Shown here one piece after another: positions 25,396 through 38,599 of a DNA stretch of 64,000 nucleotides. The notes below the pieces were generated by a model, which searched no databases, was not told the origin of the DNA, and saw only the letters and a program-made list of their open reading frames with translations. Both the position numbers and the translations under genes were made by a program. Origin of the DNA: Vicugna vicugna (taxonomy: Eukaryota); NCBI GenBank assembly GCA_013265495.1, contig MU058451.1:665023-729022 (forward strand), written 5' to 3'. How positions within the stretch are numbered: position 1 is the stretch's first letter; each line of letters starts with the position of its first letter.

Positions 25396-28300
25396 GATAC
25401 AATTTTCAACCACTAACTGATAGAGTTTAAAAACATTTTTAAGTATTATCTGGATGATTTTGAGTTGTCCCTCCTTGTCATTGACTCATTCACTTATTCA
25501 TTTATTAGTGTTTAAGACCTAAAGGGTTCAGGATTGTAATAAATACTCATTTTTCCAAACGTATGATTTAATAATTGTTGGTCAAATAAAATGTAATAAT
25601 TAAATGACAAAATCTGGAAATAGACCAAGGCTTTTTGGCTGCCAGATGATCTTCCAAAAACAAAATGATGAAAAATTAAGAGGAATAAGCTAGGAGTATA
25701 TAGATTTCATTTTTCTTAAAATACATTTTGATTCAAAAATTAAGGAAAAACTGGAACAAAATTTTTTGAAACCAGCTTTTAAAAAAGGTAAATGTTTGGA
25801 TGAATACAAAGTATTATCAAATTCAAATATTTATATTTTAAACAATGTTGTCAACTGCCAAAAGATTTTTTTTTTGTTTTTAATGGCAATGAAAGGTTAT
25901 AGGCCTTTCTTTACCAAAATCTGCTTTCTTCTTCTCTTTCCCATATGATTAAGAGAAGGGTATATCCCCCCATTTGTGATCTTTTGGCACTTAAAAAACA
26001 TTCAAGTACTAGTTTTCCCAGAGCTTTGAACATTCCTAGTCAGTGATTTTGGTGTGTGCATAGATTTTTTAAAAATTGACCTTTATGAGAGTTGGGGAAA
26101 GATCAATGTTTACCATATGGAAAGACAACAAAACAAGGTGAATAGATGGTATCATTTGGCTTTCAAAGGAAATTAAACTATTGTGTGAATAAATAAATTG
26201 TTTAAAATATGAAATGAAAACCCCAAAACAGAAAGAAAAAATTCCTTTGGGGAAAGAAATTCTAAGGAAAGCTGCATTGTTAAAATCCTGGACTGGGAGC
26301 TTGGAGATTTGGGCACCATATTTCCAGGTAAAGATTTATGAAAATTTTCAGAGATCAGAAACTACAGAAATGGCACTTTAAAGTCTAATTTTAAAACTTG
26401 ATAATTTTGTTACTATAGTGAATGCTGTTTTCATATTTTAATTTTTTCTTGTAATAGGAAATTCTTTTAGTAAAGTTACATTCTGGTTAACTTTCTTGTT
26501 AATTAGTACACATCAGTACTTTTAATAATTCAGGTTTGTATATTTGAGTATTTTCTGTAAAATAATAAATAAAAATGCTTCATAATTGTCTGAACTTCAA
26601 ATAATTCATAAGGCCATCACGTTTCTATGTGTCTTGTCCAGCGTAAACTCATCTTCTACATATACATCAGGCAAACTTGTACTTCTCAGAGATTGAGAGA
26701 ATTATTTCCCACCCTCCCCCCTCCAACTCCAAATAGTTCTATTTAATCTTGGAGAGCTACGCCCAAACCAGATTTTCATCTGAGGAAGGAGCTGTTACAG
26801 AAGTGTTAAAGAAAATAAATCCATCTTTATAAGCTGATGCTATAAAACAGTAAACAGTGTAAAATATAATTGTCTAGACTAAGAGAAAAACAACTGGGTT
26901 GTTCTAGAGAACAAAGAACTTTGCCAAACACGGGAAAACTCTGTGAGTCAAAAAAAGAACAAACATAATCTTTTTTAGACTATTAAGAATATAAAATTGT
27001 GAGAGGAAAAAGTACCCTGAAGAAAGAGTAAATGAGAGTATGGGATCTTATCCGAGATTCCAGTTCTTCCTCCAGGCAGGGAAATGTCACCATAGCTATG
27101 GGCCATCTCTACGAAGACCACTCCTCATGTTTTTCATGGTCTATGTTCCCCACGAGTCTCAGTTTACATCCTGTAGTAGCTGGGGTTGAATGAGGAATTT
27201 CCTTTCTCTCAGCAGCAGTTAAGTCTCTGCCTAGGAGCCACCTCTCCATGAAGGGATGACCAGGTAGTGGTAGCAAGGAAGAAAGAATTTGAGGAGAGAA
27301 GACAATCAGAATGTTTACTTACCATAAGCTTTAGAAGAAAGGGATTCGGTTGTCCCTTTATATCCCAACCCCCTGGCATACAAGCGTATAAACAGAAATT
27401 TCTCTGTAAAATTGCTCCCTGGGTCCATGTCTTCAGGCAGTCTTATAGTTGAGCCTGTCCTGTAATGAAAGAGGTTCTCTGATACTGCAGAAAATAGCAA
27501 ATGCAGGGCCACCTATGATGAATGCTCTGTTATTAAATCCCGATCTGTCGGGATTCATCATTAGGTGAAACAAACAGAGAAAATATCTGCCAGCATGACA
27601 TTTGGTACAAGTTACTTTTTAAAGGAACATTGAATGGTTAAAAAGTGATTTATAGTGATGATTTGGTATAATTTATACCATAATATTTTGTCATTGTTAA
27701 TTTGCATACATTGAATCTCTCTAACTAAATTATATGTTTATTAGTGATCTTACCATGTTTTATTATGAGTATTTACTTAATGGATAAAGGTTTGTAGTAG
27801 ATGGTGCATGGGAAAATAATTAATAGCAAGACCTTGGGCATGACTCAGTGAATGTTTAATGCCTGGAAACACATGACGACCGGTGGGTACTGACTTGGTC
27901 TTATAATGCTGAGTAAAGTCTCGTAGAATTACGTTAAATGAGAAATGAAACTTGACACTTCTGGCTTCAAAATTTAATTTTGGAAAAGGGAATCATCGCA
28001 TCCCCCAAATGGCACATGTCTGCTGACTAAGCAGTGCAAGATGCTGTAACTAAATCCTAAAAGTGAAGGCTGAAAATAGAAATAATTGGAGAAAAGGAAA
28101 GAAAATTGTGTTAGTAAAGTCAGCAACCACTAATCCCTGTTTTTTGATCAAAGGCGTCTAGACACTACTTAACTCCATTCTAGCTTTTATGACTGCTGCA
28201 ACGAGTGTGCATTCTTATCTTATTTACAGTGTTAGAGGATGTCTGTATAAACAAACATCTCCTGAACACTTGTCCATTTGTTGGAGTTGCCTGTTCTCTG

Positions 28301-28669
28301 GGCTTATTTCGAAATCTGATTTGGTGTTAACTAGCATTCTTTTGGAAGCTACACCTAGCAGCCCTCGGACTTACAACAACTGAAAAACAGACTTGCTGTT
28401 TTGTATTTTGTTATTTCATGCTGTAGTTATAGCCTGTGTAAAAAATTCTCTAGCGCCAAGTAGCACATTTCCAAGTGTGTAGCAGATGCTGCAGACATCT
28501 TGCCTCTAGGACTCACATTTGAGAGGAACAATCTTAACCTCCAATATTTTTGTCCCTTTGTCCCCCTATGTCATTTATACTCTTCATATCCTGAACACTT
28601 CATTTTTGAAATAAAAATATGATCATCATAAATATGTATCCCCACCTTTCCTTTGGAAAGATTAATGTC

Positions 28670-28880
28670 AAACACTTATTTGAGGATTTATATCCCAGGT
28701 ACTTTGCATATATAGTCCCTACAGCAATCTCTTCAGAGTAAAATATCATTATCCTTGTTTTACAGACAGCAAACTGAGAACTCAGGAGGGGAAGTAGCTT
28801 CTCTAAGACCTCAGCACTAGTAAACCAAGAAATCAGGATTAAACTGAAGCCTGATTCTAAAGCCCTTGTTCTTATTACAT
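28670..28880 (-). mobile_element. MIR SINE
   Basis: 'attatccttgttttacagacagcaaactgagaactcagg'. Confidence 0.7.
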
Positions 28881-29203
28881 GACTCTAGGAAGTGTCATTG
28901 GTTCAGGCTCATCTTGGGAGTATGTTGAATGGAAGCCTTTGTGATGTAATTTGCCTGTGAAGATCCTCTGCTGTTTTTCCTCTGTCCAGATACCTATGAG
29001 ACACTCCTTTTATGTAAAACACTGGGGAAGGGATAGAAAGTCACATTCACAACCTACTCTAAATTAGTTAACTGAATTACCCAGCAGGACTCTGAGAATA
29101 GGATACCAGACTGATGGGTTTTAATATAGAGCGGTTCAGGAAGGTAAGTTTTTGCTAAAAGGGATATAATTTGAAGCTCAAAAGATTTTGTGGAGTCTAG
29201 TTT

Positions 29204-29222
29204 CCGCCACCAGGGGTCAGTG
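29204..29222 (+). promoter_or_regulatory. Candidate CTCF-binding motif
   Basis: ccgCCACCAGGGGTCAGtg; one mismatch to the CCACCAGGGGGCAG core. Confidence 0.35.
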
Positions 29223-31949
29223 TGCAGGTGCTAGATATAGGCACAAGGCTGCATTGGGAAAACAAACTTGGATCAAGATGGAGAATGAAAGTGGAAACTC
29301 TTTTTCAGTTTGTAAGACTTGACAAAGAGCCTCTGGCAGGTAAACCCCGAACTGAACTATAAATCATAAGCTACTTAAGATTAAGTACATCTGAAGACCT
29401 GAACATATGTCTTGCCTAGATGAAGGCAGAATGTACCCACCATTATGACTGCTAACAAGTGATGCTTTTAAATGACAATGTGACTAAATTATAGTACGCA
29501 GAAAGATACAGACAACAGTCTTCTCAAATTTATTAAAAATTCCTTTATTGGTTTCACTTTTGGATGATCACATAACAAGGAGAAGAGAGAAAGGTCAATG
29601 GAAAGAGGAAGACTAAGAGGTAGATTTTATAAATTATCAAGATTTAAGTACAAGCATCTCATTTTTTAAATGAGAAAAAGTACTCTCTTAACATGTTAAG
29701 GGTCATTTCAATCTTTTATCTCTTCATTTTTTTAGGCAAGACAAAGTATACAGTAAGAGGAAGGCATTCCAAGTAATGGAATATTTAAGAAAACACATAA
29801 TCCAACAAAATCTCACATTCAGTTTTATTGCTTTCAAGTACTTTACTCTTACCTCAGCTCATGTGGGAACTATTTTGCTTGGTTGTACTAGGACTATTTT
29901 GCAACAAATATGCATATTCTTTTCTGTAGACATAGCTATTTGGACTTTTCTTTAATGTGGTTTGAAAATTAAGACAGTTTAGAATTTTTATGTTAAAATA
30001 ATTACTCTAGGAAACTGTGAGGTATTTAGATCTAGTCCTATTTTCCTAAATATAAATACATTCATTCCATAGTTGGGAAAACATATTCAAAATGGTTGTT
30101 TGCATCCTTCATGATTTAACAAGAGCATTCGTCTGGGAAAGAGCACAGTGAAGGTTAATTGCTGTCTACTTGGAAAGCCCGAAGCAGCAGATTTTGCCCT
30201 TGGCGAGATAATTTTACAAAAGCGGGAACAAAAAATGAGCCAGGATGTCTCGCAACCATTACTGTGTCAGATGAAAGCTTCTCTCTCTCTCTCATCACTT
30301 CTATGTATATGTATACGATGAACTTAAGAAAAGAGGCATATGTTCAAAATGACTGCTTATAACCCAAGCAGAAAAAAAAAACCGTATCAGAACACGTACT
30401 GTCATAAAAGGTTTCATTTGTGTCAGTGGACTTTGAGTGATGCATTTCTAGAGTCTAAAAGTACAAATTATCTTCTGGCTAAAATACCTGCCTGTATTAG
30501 CTTTGACTTATTTCATGCAGGCCTTTCAGCACTGGGACTTAACATTCTGACCTAACATTTAATGTATTAATCCTAATTTTAATCCGATACCAAGACTCTC
30601 TGTTGTATTGACTCAATTCAGGTTAATTCAGAATTATGTTGCTCCCACCCAGAATCAATAGACCCACTGTTGATTCTCTCCAAAGCTGACCACCCAGTTT
30701 TGTGAGTATCTGCAGTGAATTAGAAAATCTGTCATTGCTGGGGAGACTGGGCAGCTCAGATATGGTCTGTCGTTCTCTCTGGTCTGTACAATACCCACTC
30801 TTTGTCTACCGTCTCCTAAACTAACCTGACATAACTGAGCCTGCCAGTCAATGAGATCTTTATTCTCCTGGAAGGAATGCCTTGCACACCAGTGTTATTA
30901 AGAAATTTCTGGACAAAGTTTAGTGGCTGCAGAATAATCCAAGGTTCTATTAAAAAGCCATCTGGGTAATTAATAGCACATTTGTTCTCAGCCTCCTCCC
31001 AATTTGTCCATTAGTGGCATAAAAGCTCAGGACAAAGGGTAATGTGGTTCAGTTGTATTTTACAAGAATTCTTCAGGAAGTTGAAAACACATGATAGTTT
31101 TCCAAAGATACATATGTTTATGGCTCTTAGAGCAGCAAATAGGCAAATCCATGAGCTTTAAACTGAAGTTTTCTGCTGCCACCAGCTATTTAAATTAAGA
31201 AAACTGATATGGAATATTGACAATCTACCCCTAGAATTGACTAGAGAGCTGCTGGACTGCCTCCCAAACATGTATAGACTGGGATGTCTCCATATTTAAG
31301 TTAAAAAAAATTTCCCTGAATATTTACAAATGTGAAAAAACCCCAGTACTTTTATACCCTTTTACCTGATGGTTGAAGGCTTTTCTGGGATCTCTTTTTA
31401 ATGTATTTTCATGAGTAGTAGCCCCAGGCAGCATATTTCTGCACCATTGCCAAATAAACTCTGTTTTTCTTATTGCTGCTTTCTCTGTTAGTTCGCCTTT
31501 TTTCTTAACTGCTTGTACAGAGAAACTTTGAAGCCCTAGATATTTGAAGATAAAAGTTAAAAACACCTCTGGAAAGTTAAATGAGGATTTAGTGTGTTTC
31601 TTTCTGTCTTTTAGATTTATTTTAAAGCAGTGATCAGCTAAACAGCACAGGAACCTGGAATTTATAGGGATTACCTTGCCGCAGAGTATTTGTGTGTGTG
31701 TTGGGGGATGTGGTGGAGTGCGGATGGGGGCAATGTTAGGGTCACAGCCAGTGTATTTGCAAATATACTCCAGTAGGTTGGGAGGTTATGAGAAAGAGAA
31801 AGAAATAGAGAAGTATGGGGGTGGAGAGAGAGAGAGGAGAGGGGGAAGAGAAGAGGGGACAAGGGAGGGGAGAGAAAGAAAAAGAAAAATCTCTCTTAGA
31901 TAAAGGTCTGTATATTTTGGAGGTCTCAGATCCTGCAAGACATTAGTTT

Positions 31950-32130
31950 TAGGTACTTTTTACTATGTGCCAGGCTAAGTACTTTCATGAATTATTTCAT
32001 ATAACTTTTATAACAGTGCTATAAAGTAGGTGCTATCATTTTTAGATGAGGCTTTGAGAGGTTAAGGTCACACAGCTAGTAAGTAGTGGAGCCTTCTTGT
32101 CTCTCTGGCCTCCAGTCACACCCCCTTGCT
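31950..32130 (-). mobile_element. MIR SINE
   Basis: 'tactatgtgccaggctaagtacttt...agatgagg...aaggtcacacagctagtaagtagtggagcc'. Confidence 0.75.
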
Positions 32131-32200
32131 CTCTGGCTGCCTTTCTCTTTCTCAAGCACACAGTTCTTTGGACTTGGTAGCCCTGTCACCTGGAGTGCTC

Positions 32201-33147
32201 TTCCCCTAACTCTTTCTATGACTGGGCTTTCTCTGTCCAGCAAACGTCCATTTAAGAAAACATACTTTGGAAGGGACCCACCTGAGCTGAGTCCTAGCTA
32301 CATTTATTCATTCACTCACGCATTCATTTGATACTTATTAAATGTCTATTATGCCCCAGTCCCTGCTGAAGGCAAGATGGGGGAGAGAAAATATTTCCAA
32401 ACTTTTCCCTTCAGGGGCTTACAGTTTTGTTAAGGGAGAGAAACAATCAAATACTCACACAGCTGCAAAATTATAGCAATTCCTGAGGAATTAACTCTTG
32501 GGTTGAGATCTGAAGGATGACGTGATGTGATGGAGTCAGAGAGAAGAGGAAAAATGAAGTGCAGGCTGCAGGCAGCCCAGACCTGGTTCCAGGAGAGTGT
32601 GCGGTGACTGTGGCTAGGTCTTACAGAGCAGGGCAAAGTAAGATGGGGCAACCTAGGGCACATCACAGAACCTTCAAATTCCCGTAACTCTTTCTATGAC
32701 TGGGCTTTCTCTGTCCAGCAAACGTCCATTTAAGAAAACATGCTTTGGAAGGGACCCACCTGAGTTGAGTCCTAGCTACATTTATTCATTCACTAATGTA
32801 TTCATTCGATACTTATTAAATGTCTATTATGCCCCAGTCCCTGCTGAAGGCAAGATGGGGGAGAGAAAATATTTCCGAACTTTTCCCTTCAGGGGTTTAC
32901 AGCTTTGTTAAGGGAGTGAAACAATCAAATACTCACACAGCTGCAAAATTACAACAATTCCTGAGAGATCTGGGTTGAGATCTGATGGATAACGTGGTGT
33001 GATCGAGTCAGAGAGAAGAGGGAAAACAAAGCGCAGGCTGCAGCCAGCCCAGACCTGGTTCCGGGAGGGAGTGTGGTGAGTGTGGCTGGGTCTTACAGAG
33101 CAGGGAGACGTAAGATGGGGCAACCTAGGGCACGTCACAGAACCTTC
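32201..33147. repeat. Tandem duplication, two ~470-bp copies (32201-32675 and 32679-33147), of L2-containing sequence
   Basis: Both copies begin ttccc(c/g)taactctttctatgactgggc and end tcacagaaccttc; the ORF track shows duplicated peptides (MTGLSLSSKRPFKKT...). Confidence 0.97.
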
Positions 33148-33192
33148 GAGGACAGACCATGAATAGTGGGAGACCACGAAGAGTTGGGATAT

Positions 33193-33347
33193 AGTTGGCT
33201 GCTATGACCCATGGGTTGCACTCAGTGGATATGGAGAGAGGGCTGAATGTCCCTTGCCATTGTATATAAGGGACTTGAGCATCTGCTGATTTTGGTATCT
33301 GCAGAGGCGTCCTGAAACCAACCCCTGGGGATACCAAGGGAAGAGTG
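33193..33347 (-). mobile_element. MER2-family TcMar-Tigger MITE fragment
   Basis: 'gccattgtatataagggacttgagcatctgctgattttggtatctgcagaggcgtcctgaaaccaacccctggggatacc' matches the MER2 end in reverse complement. Confidence 0.75.
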
Positions 33348-34794
33348 GTGTACTTTGGTATTTCCCTTGCAGAGAAGCTCTTCCCTTTTCTTCCTTCTCT
33401 CTCCTACTCTTCCCCTCCCCTCCCTTCTCTCTGCACCCAGACTGCTGTCATTCAGGAAATTACCTATCACTTCCTCTTCTGGTGAGATTTCATTGTGACT
33501 TACAGTGGCACCTTTACCCCAGGACACCTTCAGCACCATGAGTTCAGGAGAAGGTCTGGAGGGCTCAGCCAACAGTGGTCACCTCTCCTCTAGGACAGCT
33601 TCAGATATGGGCTGCTCTGGCCCAGCAAGCACATGAAGGAAAGCACAGTTTTTTTCCTAAACTGAATTCTGTTTTAGAAACATAGACTCTGAGAGAAGCC
33701 AAGGAACAAAACTGTTTAAATATCCATTTGTGACTAAATAGTTTTTCAATTTCACTGAGTTAGGAGGTCAGCCTGCCTCAGCTGCCAAAGTGTGAGGGGG
33801 ACACAGAGTTAGAGGCCTCAGGCCCTGACAGAGGCTGTTCCTGGCCAGGAGGGCTGGGCCTCTCCTCAGCAGAACAAATATTTGTTAGCACTTTACACAA
33901 GAATACTCTTGAGCTCATTGTATTTACATTGCAAATGACCTGTAAATAGCAAAGCAGTTATGTGTACCTGAAATTTGTTATTTGTTTGAAGACACTATAT
34001 AGATAGAAGATGAGAGAAGTGAGTTTTGGAAGCGGGAGGAGTGCCATGAAAAAGCGAACACCAAACCCCCAGCAGAACCTCTCTTTGCCAGGGTAGATAC
34101 TTAAAAGGACACCCCAAAATGAATCCCAAGCGAATGCTCCGTCCAGTGTCTCCCTTGGCAGGTTAAGTGGACCTAGACCTATAAACCCAGCTGTCAGTAC
34201 AAGCTGTCTCTGAGAGGAGTAAACAGACAGCCCTGCCCTGGCTCCCATACAGGGGTCTCTGGAACATCCTGGGGGGTTCTCTTCCTGTAGGACCTCCCAG
34301 TGCTCAGGCCCTGTGGCCTCTGACTCATTAGCAACTTCTGGAAGGGAAGAGAACGCAATCCCACCTGCTAGAAACAATGTCTTCCCCACTTTCAGGAGCT
34401 AGAAATGTCAACATAGGCCAACATGCTTGGATGGATTAGGATCGTGTGTAGAGGGCACTTTCCTATATGTTTTTGGATCATGCATTTCCACTTTAAAATG
34501 AAAAAAAAAAGAAAGGAAAACATTTTAAATAAAGAAGACTTGTCTTGAGAAAAGAGGAAATCTTTATCTCCATAGAAGGATAACAACACTCTTCACGTTG
34601 TAAGGGAAGGTACTGCAGTCTTGTTGTCTCTGCAGCTTTCAAATTGTATTTACATATATTATACATAAGGCTTATCCCTGCACAGTGTGAAGCTTCTGGA
34701 AATATCTCTATCACTTCCAAACCAGTCTCCCAACTGAAGCATGAAACCTCATCATTAATAGATTTTTCTAAATGCTAACATTTTTACTTGTTTG

Positions 34795-35495
34795 AAAAGT
34801 TCTCTAGAGATATAGTTAACAAACATAAAATCCATCCATTTAAAGTATATAATTCAGTGCTTTGTGTGATATTCACAGGGTTATGCAACCATCATCACAA
34901 TCTAATTTTAGATCATTTTTGTTCTCCTAAAGGGAAAAGCCCGTATCTGTTAGCAGTCCCTCCCCATTCCTTTCCACCCACTCCATCCCCGGCGGTAGGC
35001 AACCACTAACCTCCTTTCCATCTCTATAAATTTGCCTTTGCTGGGCATTTCATATAAATGGGATGATACAGTATGTGGCCTTTTGTGACTTCTTTTTTCA
35101 CTTGTTATATCTTTAAGTTTCATCCATTTTGTAGCATGTATCAGGACCTCATTTCTTTTTATTCCTGAATAATATTCCATCATGTAGTTATACCACATTT
35201 TACTTTTTGATGCATCTGTAAATGGACATTTGGGTTATTTCTACTTTTTAGCTCTTATGAGTAATGCTGCTTTAAATATGTATGTACAGGGTTTTTTTTT
35301 TTCTGAGTGGACCTATATTTTTATTTCTCTTGGGTAGATACTTAAAAATTAGAATTTCTAGGTCATATGGGAATTTTGTGCCTAACATTTTGAGGAACTG
35401 CCAGACTGTTTTCCAAAGAGCTACACCGTTTTACATTGGCACTAGCAAAGGGGTTTCAGTTTCTCCACATTCTCACCCATACTTGTGATTGTGTG
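34795..35495 (-). mobile_element. L1MB-type LINE-1 3' end
   Basis: 'aaaatccatccatttaaagtatataattcagtg'; minus-strand ORF 'MEYYSGIKRNEVLIHATKWMKL'. Confidence 0.9.
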
Positions 35496-35939
35496 TTTAC
35501 TGTTTCTTTATATTAAACATTATTCTTCCTTTACTACTATTTTGCAATTCAAATCCCCATCTTATCCCCTCTCCTTCCCTTCCTCTGTCAAGTTCCTAAT
35601 ATGATAGCATGAATTTATCAAATGGCTTTCTTGTGAGAGTGGGTTGTTCTTAATTTCAGTGCATCTCTGTGTCAGGGTGGGCTGGGGAGAAAGGGTGGGA
35701 AGGGATTAGGCACCAAAAGAAACATGGGGCCCATGGGGCTTTGCCCACTTCACAGATTGTTTAGCCCAAGGCCTGGGTTGGAGACAGGGTCTTGGAATTC
35801 GATCAGTAAGCGTATCTCTGGTTCTTTGAAGAAATGGTTGGAATTGTATTAGTTGTCTCTAAGGCTAAGTACATTTTCAAGGACTTCTGGAACTCAGAAT
35901 GATCCAGCTTGGTAGAACTCTGCCTAAGATCTCTAGTCA

Positions 35940-36248
35940 ATCACTGCCCACTGTGATACAGAGGTCTGAGGACTCTTTGTTTACTGGTCTATGTTAGAAA
36001 TTGAGAACGAGACTTGAGAAATATTTTTAATAATATGACACTGTGACATCCAAGCAGGATGAACTCATGATTGGTGAACTCATCTCGTTAAATAGGGTTC
36101 AACTTGTTCACATGTTCTTCGCTCGTTGTCAGACTCTCCTGGTGAGTTGCGTGTGGCCTGAGCTGAGTTCTAGACATATACAGTAGAACCGGGACAGACG
36201 GGAATTAAAAATAAAATTAGTCCTTGGCCATGGTGTGAGAGCCGCTGT
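35940..36248. mobile_element. MER5C-like hAT-Charlie element
   Basis: 'tttgtttactggtc...agaaattgaga...gtgacatccaagc...ctcatctcgttaaataggg...tggtgagttgcgtgtggcc...gagagccgctg'. Confidence 0.6.
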
Positions 36249-38334
36249 GGCAAACTAATGCTTTTCAGCGTTTTCCTTCCTTCACCTGCGCTAGACTTTG
36301 ATGCAGGAGTGGAGGGGCCCTGGGTATAGGAGAATAATGGTGATAGTGGGCGTTCCCCGAGCACTCACGGGATGCTCGGCTCTGTGCTTTCCTCACAGCA
36401 ACTAATTTAAGTGATATGATTACTATTTCCATTCCAGGAAACTGGGGGAATGGAAGTACTGGCTGCGGGTGGGTTTCCATTTTGATTGTGAGTCAGTCCT
36501 GCCCCAGCTTAAGCCCTTCTAGTCAGGAGGGTCCTGATTTGGATCCTGGTTCCCTCTCCTCACCTTGGCTCTGCCTGCCTTGGCCTCTGGCTCTACCGGC
36601 CCCCTTTGCTGGCTGATTGACAGGATCCCAGAGAAGTGGGGAAGTCCTGGGGGGCAAAGGGTGGGGATGCAAATAGGAAGAATCAAGGCAGGAAAAGAAG
36701 CAGGGAAGAGCCCAGAGAAGCGAAGGTGAGCTTGGCCAGAGGTCTTTCTTTAAGGGAAGAATTGTGGCAACTCTTATGGAAAGTGGAAATTGGGGGGAAG
36801 AAATATAAAGAACTATGTGGGAGGTAATCACCCGTTTTGTTTCTCCACAACCTGAGGGACAATCCGTGGAACTTTGTATGCTTTTGGAGTGAGGTAAGTT
36901 TTGCAAACATGGTCCTGGGTGAGAGCAGGGCAGGCTACTTGGCATATTTTGACTTCGATTTAGATGACCCAGCGCCCTTAAAACTCGTGTAACGTGGGAC
37001 ATGCTGCATACACCAGAGAGAGGCGAGCCTCGGAGTTCTGTCTGGTATTTCAGGAGGGCTGGAGTTAGGGGTGGGAAGGGGAGAGAGTCTCCCTGCTTAT
37101 TCTCTGCCCACAGAGTAACCACACGGGTGTGGAACACTTTCTTCCCTCCCTGCTCCACCTGTATGTCTGCAAAATGTTACCCTGCAGAAGTCTGTTTTTT
37201 TTTTTTTTTAAGCCAGGATCATCTTTGCTCCATGCAAATTTTCTGAGGTGGACTTGTGCTAAACTCCTTTGCATTGTTTTCCATCAAAATAATTATTTTA
37301 ATGATTTGTAAAGTGGTCTTATTTAGGGATCGGAGGTTAATGACCCTTAGGAAGAGTGGCTGACCTTGACCCAACTTCTGTAGGCTTTACCCTTAAGTTC
37401 ATTTCCGTTCAGTGAACATCGTGGGGCTCCTCCTACAGCTCTGTGCAGGTGTGTTGGTCATTTAAAATCACATACCAAATCGATGCTTTCAGGGAAAACT
37501 GTTCTTATACATCTGTCCTTTCACATTTGCCTGCCAGATAGCAGTACTGGCTGTTCTTCACTGGTTTTTCAGGTCGGTTGCTAGAGACAAGATGTGCTAT
37601 GTAGAATGTTTAGGAGACTTTCCTGAGAGATTCTTTGAGATGCATAGTTGCCGGCTGGAGAAGACATCAGTCTTTTGTAAGTCTGAGATTTTTCAAATTA
37701 AAATGAAATATTTTGCTTCTGGGGATTCTCCTCCATGGGATTGTAAAGTGCCCCTGTGTCTGTGTGTAATTTATTCAACTAGAGTTTGTCTTGGGAGCAT
37801 CGCAGTGGCTGGGAATTAAGAAACTTCTGTTTCAATTCCAACCTCACCAGTGACTTCTGTGTGACCTTAGGGAAATTAGTTAACCTTCTTGGATTTTGTG
37901 TGCTTCAGAATGAGGATCAGACCATTGCCTCATAGTCTGGGCTCAAGACTCAATAAGGAGCTGAAGCCCAGTGCGATCCCCAGATGAAGGCTGCTAAAAC
38001 CAGGCTTGTTCTCCGGTGTGGAAGGCCCTCCCCTAGTTCAGAAATGCAGTCGCTAAGCTGTCAGCCTGCAGTCCTGCGGGAGGGCTTATTGTATATGAAC
38101 AATACTTTAGAGTTGAGAAGTGGGTCATGATTTTTAAAGGATGTTATGTATTGAATCTTCTCATTTGATTTTCTCCATCCTGGGGAAGGCAAGATTTTTT
38201 TGTCATCTCAATTCTATACATTTAGTTTAGGTCAGGGAACATGAAAGAGGAGTTAGAAATTAAAGGACTCAGTAGTAAATAAGGCAAGGTACACTCTATT
38301 TACATTTTCAGTATAAATTACCCTTTGGTAGTAT

Positions 38335-38545
38335 CTAGACTTAGAGTGGCTAAGTTTAAATCTTGGCTCTGTCACTCAGTGAGGAACCTTTGGCAAGTTA
38401 CTTAAGCTTTTCTAAGCCTCATTCTTCTCATTTGTAAAATGAGGATAATAAAAGTACTTATAATGTTGTTCTGAGGATTAAATGAAATTATATATATACT
38501 TAGAATATTGCCTATTATATAGTAAACTCCCAATTATTGCCATTT
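38335..38545 (+). mobile_element. MIR SINE
   Basis: 'ggcaagttacttaagc...ttctcatttgtaaaatgaggataataaaagtact...gaggattaaatgaa'. Confidence 0.8.
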
Positions 38546-38599
38546 TATTACATTTTATTTTCTTATATATCAAGTTATGCCAATATACCATCAGTTATT

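Noticed and set aside
36523..37158. Longest ORF in the track (211 aa, minus strand)
   Set aside because: No recognisable domain; P/S/L-rich composition typical of the antisense of purine-rich DNA; no supporting gene structure.
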